Source: Hydrolagus colliei
Taxonomy: Eukaryota
Direction of reading: 5' to 3'
Length of the DNA: 64,000 bases
NCBI GenBank assembly: GCA_035084275.1
Contig: CM068745.1
Location: 10,602,001 to 10,666,000, forward strand
Below the pieces are notes generated by a model that had not been told where the DNA came from, made no database searches, and saw nothing but the letters and a program-made list of their open reading frames with translations. How positions within the stretch are numbered: position 1 is the first letter of the stretch; every line of letters starts with the position of its first letter. Below are positions 63,561-64,000 of this stretch, in pieces. A program made the translations under genes and the position numbers.

Positions 63561-64000
63561 GTATCTAAATGATGCATTATTTCATTTCTGCACCACAGAT
63601 GTTTTATCCTACTAATAAATACTTTGATTTTGCCCTCCCCACATGAAGAATTAAAAATAGCAAAACCTACCAATGCAGCTCACCTACAGATAAGAAGGAA
63701 ACTATCTTATAAAAGCAGTTAGTAAGGGATGGATGAAACAATGGCACTTGAGCAGGTGAATAGAAACAAGAATAGGGAATATCAGATGTGGTAATTCAGA
63801 CCCTATTCTGCTTATCAGGCAGCAAAAAGAGATATTCTAAAGACCTGGAAGCAGATTGCTCACCTCTCTTCTCAAGACGAGTCCAGCAAGGCAAAAGAGA
63901 GCAGGGAGAACTGACCTTGAAAATTACAAGCAGGTGATAAAAGAACAAGTCCCCATTCATTCCCAGCAACTATACGAGACACTGTTTGAATCATAAAGAA

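Noticed and set aside
63740-63763. AATGGCACTTGAGCAGGTGAA resembling the HGTxCAGE exon
   Set aside because: Reads NGT*AGE* with stops, a missing codon and no acceptor; the real His exon is probably beyond the window.
1-64000. Prokaryotic or viral system (operon, defence island, endogenous virus)
   Set aside because: No long ORFs or gene-dense segments; everything recognisable is spliced exons, vertebrate retroposons or intron.

Overview
Vertebrate genomic DNA, AT-rich and dense in retroposons. The repeat set (tRNA-headed Deu-domain SINEs with L2-type tails, L2 and CR1 LINE fragments) points to a cartilaginous fish, probably a chimaera; this is inferred from repeat types. The whole window lies inside one + strand gene for a kexin/furin-type proprotein convertase (PCSK, peptidase S8B). 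I found four in-frame GT-AG exons by eye: ~1988-2103, 17193-17301, 56593-56630 and 61463-61545. They splice to ...NELKFNDPMWPKQWEL|YNNGQTSGPKRFDLNVMPAWQRHITGSGVVVTVVDDG|IDHTNIDLKRNY|DPQASFDFNDHFDTLHDPIPNSSNKLNG, which includes the catalytic Asp. The exon layout (109 + 38 nt split at DDG) is PCSK2-like, but the protein is not PCSK2, suggesting an extra, little-studied convertase paralogue. The most unusual non-coding signal is two independent local copy events with one architecture: [SINE][copy of another SINE's unique 3' flank from ~30 kb away][SINE 3' part restarting at the CAATTGGCTGC motif]. A perfect 35-bp fold-back covers the same motif in a third SINE. Also present: ~55-65 nt L2-tail-only insertions (some with target-site duplications) with a covarying hairpin, near-identical inverted CR1 ends around one exon, a degenerate ~32-bp minisatellite, MITE-like elements and several TE-free blocks that may be conserved enhancers. 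Nearly all ORFs in the supplied track are spurious or LINE-derived. Repeat boundaries are approximate and identities are by-eye estimates.
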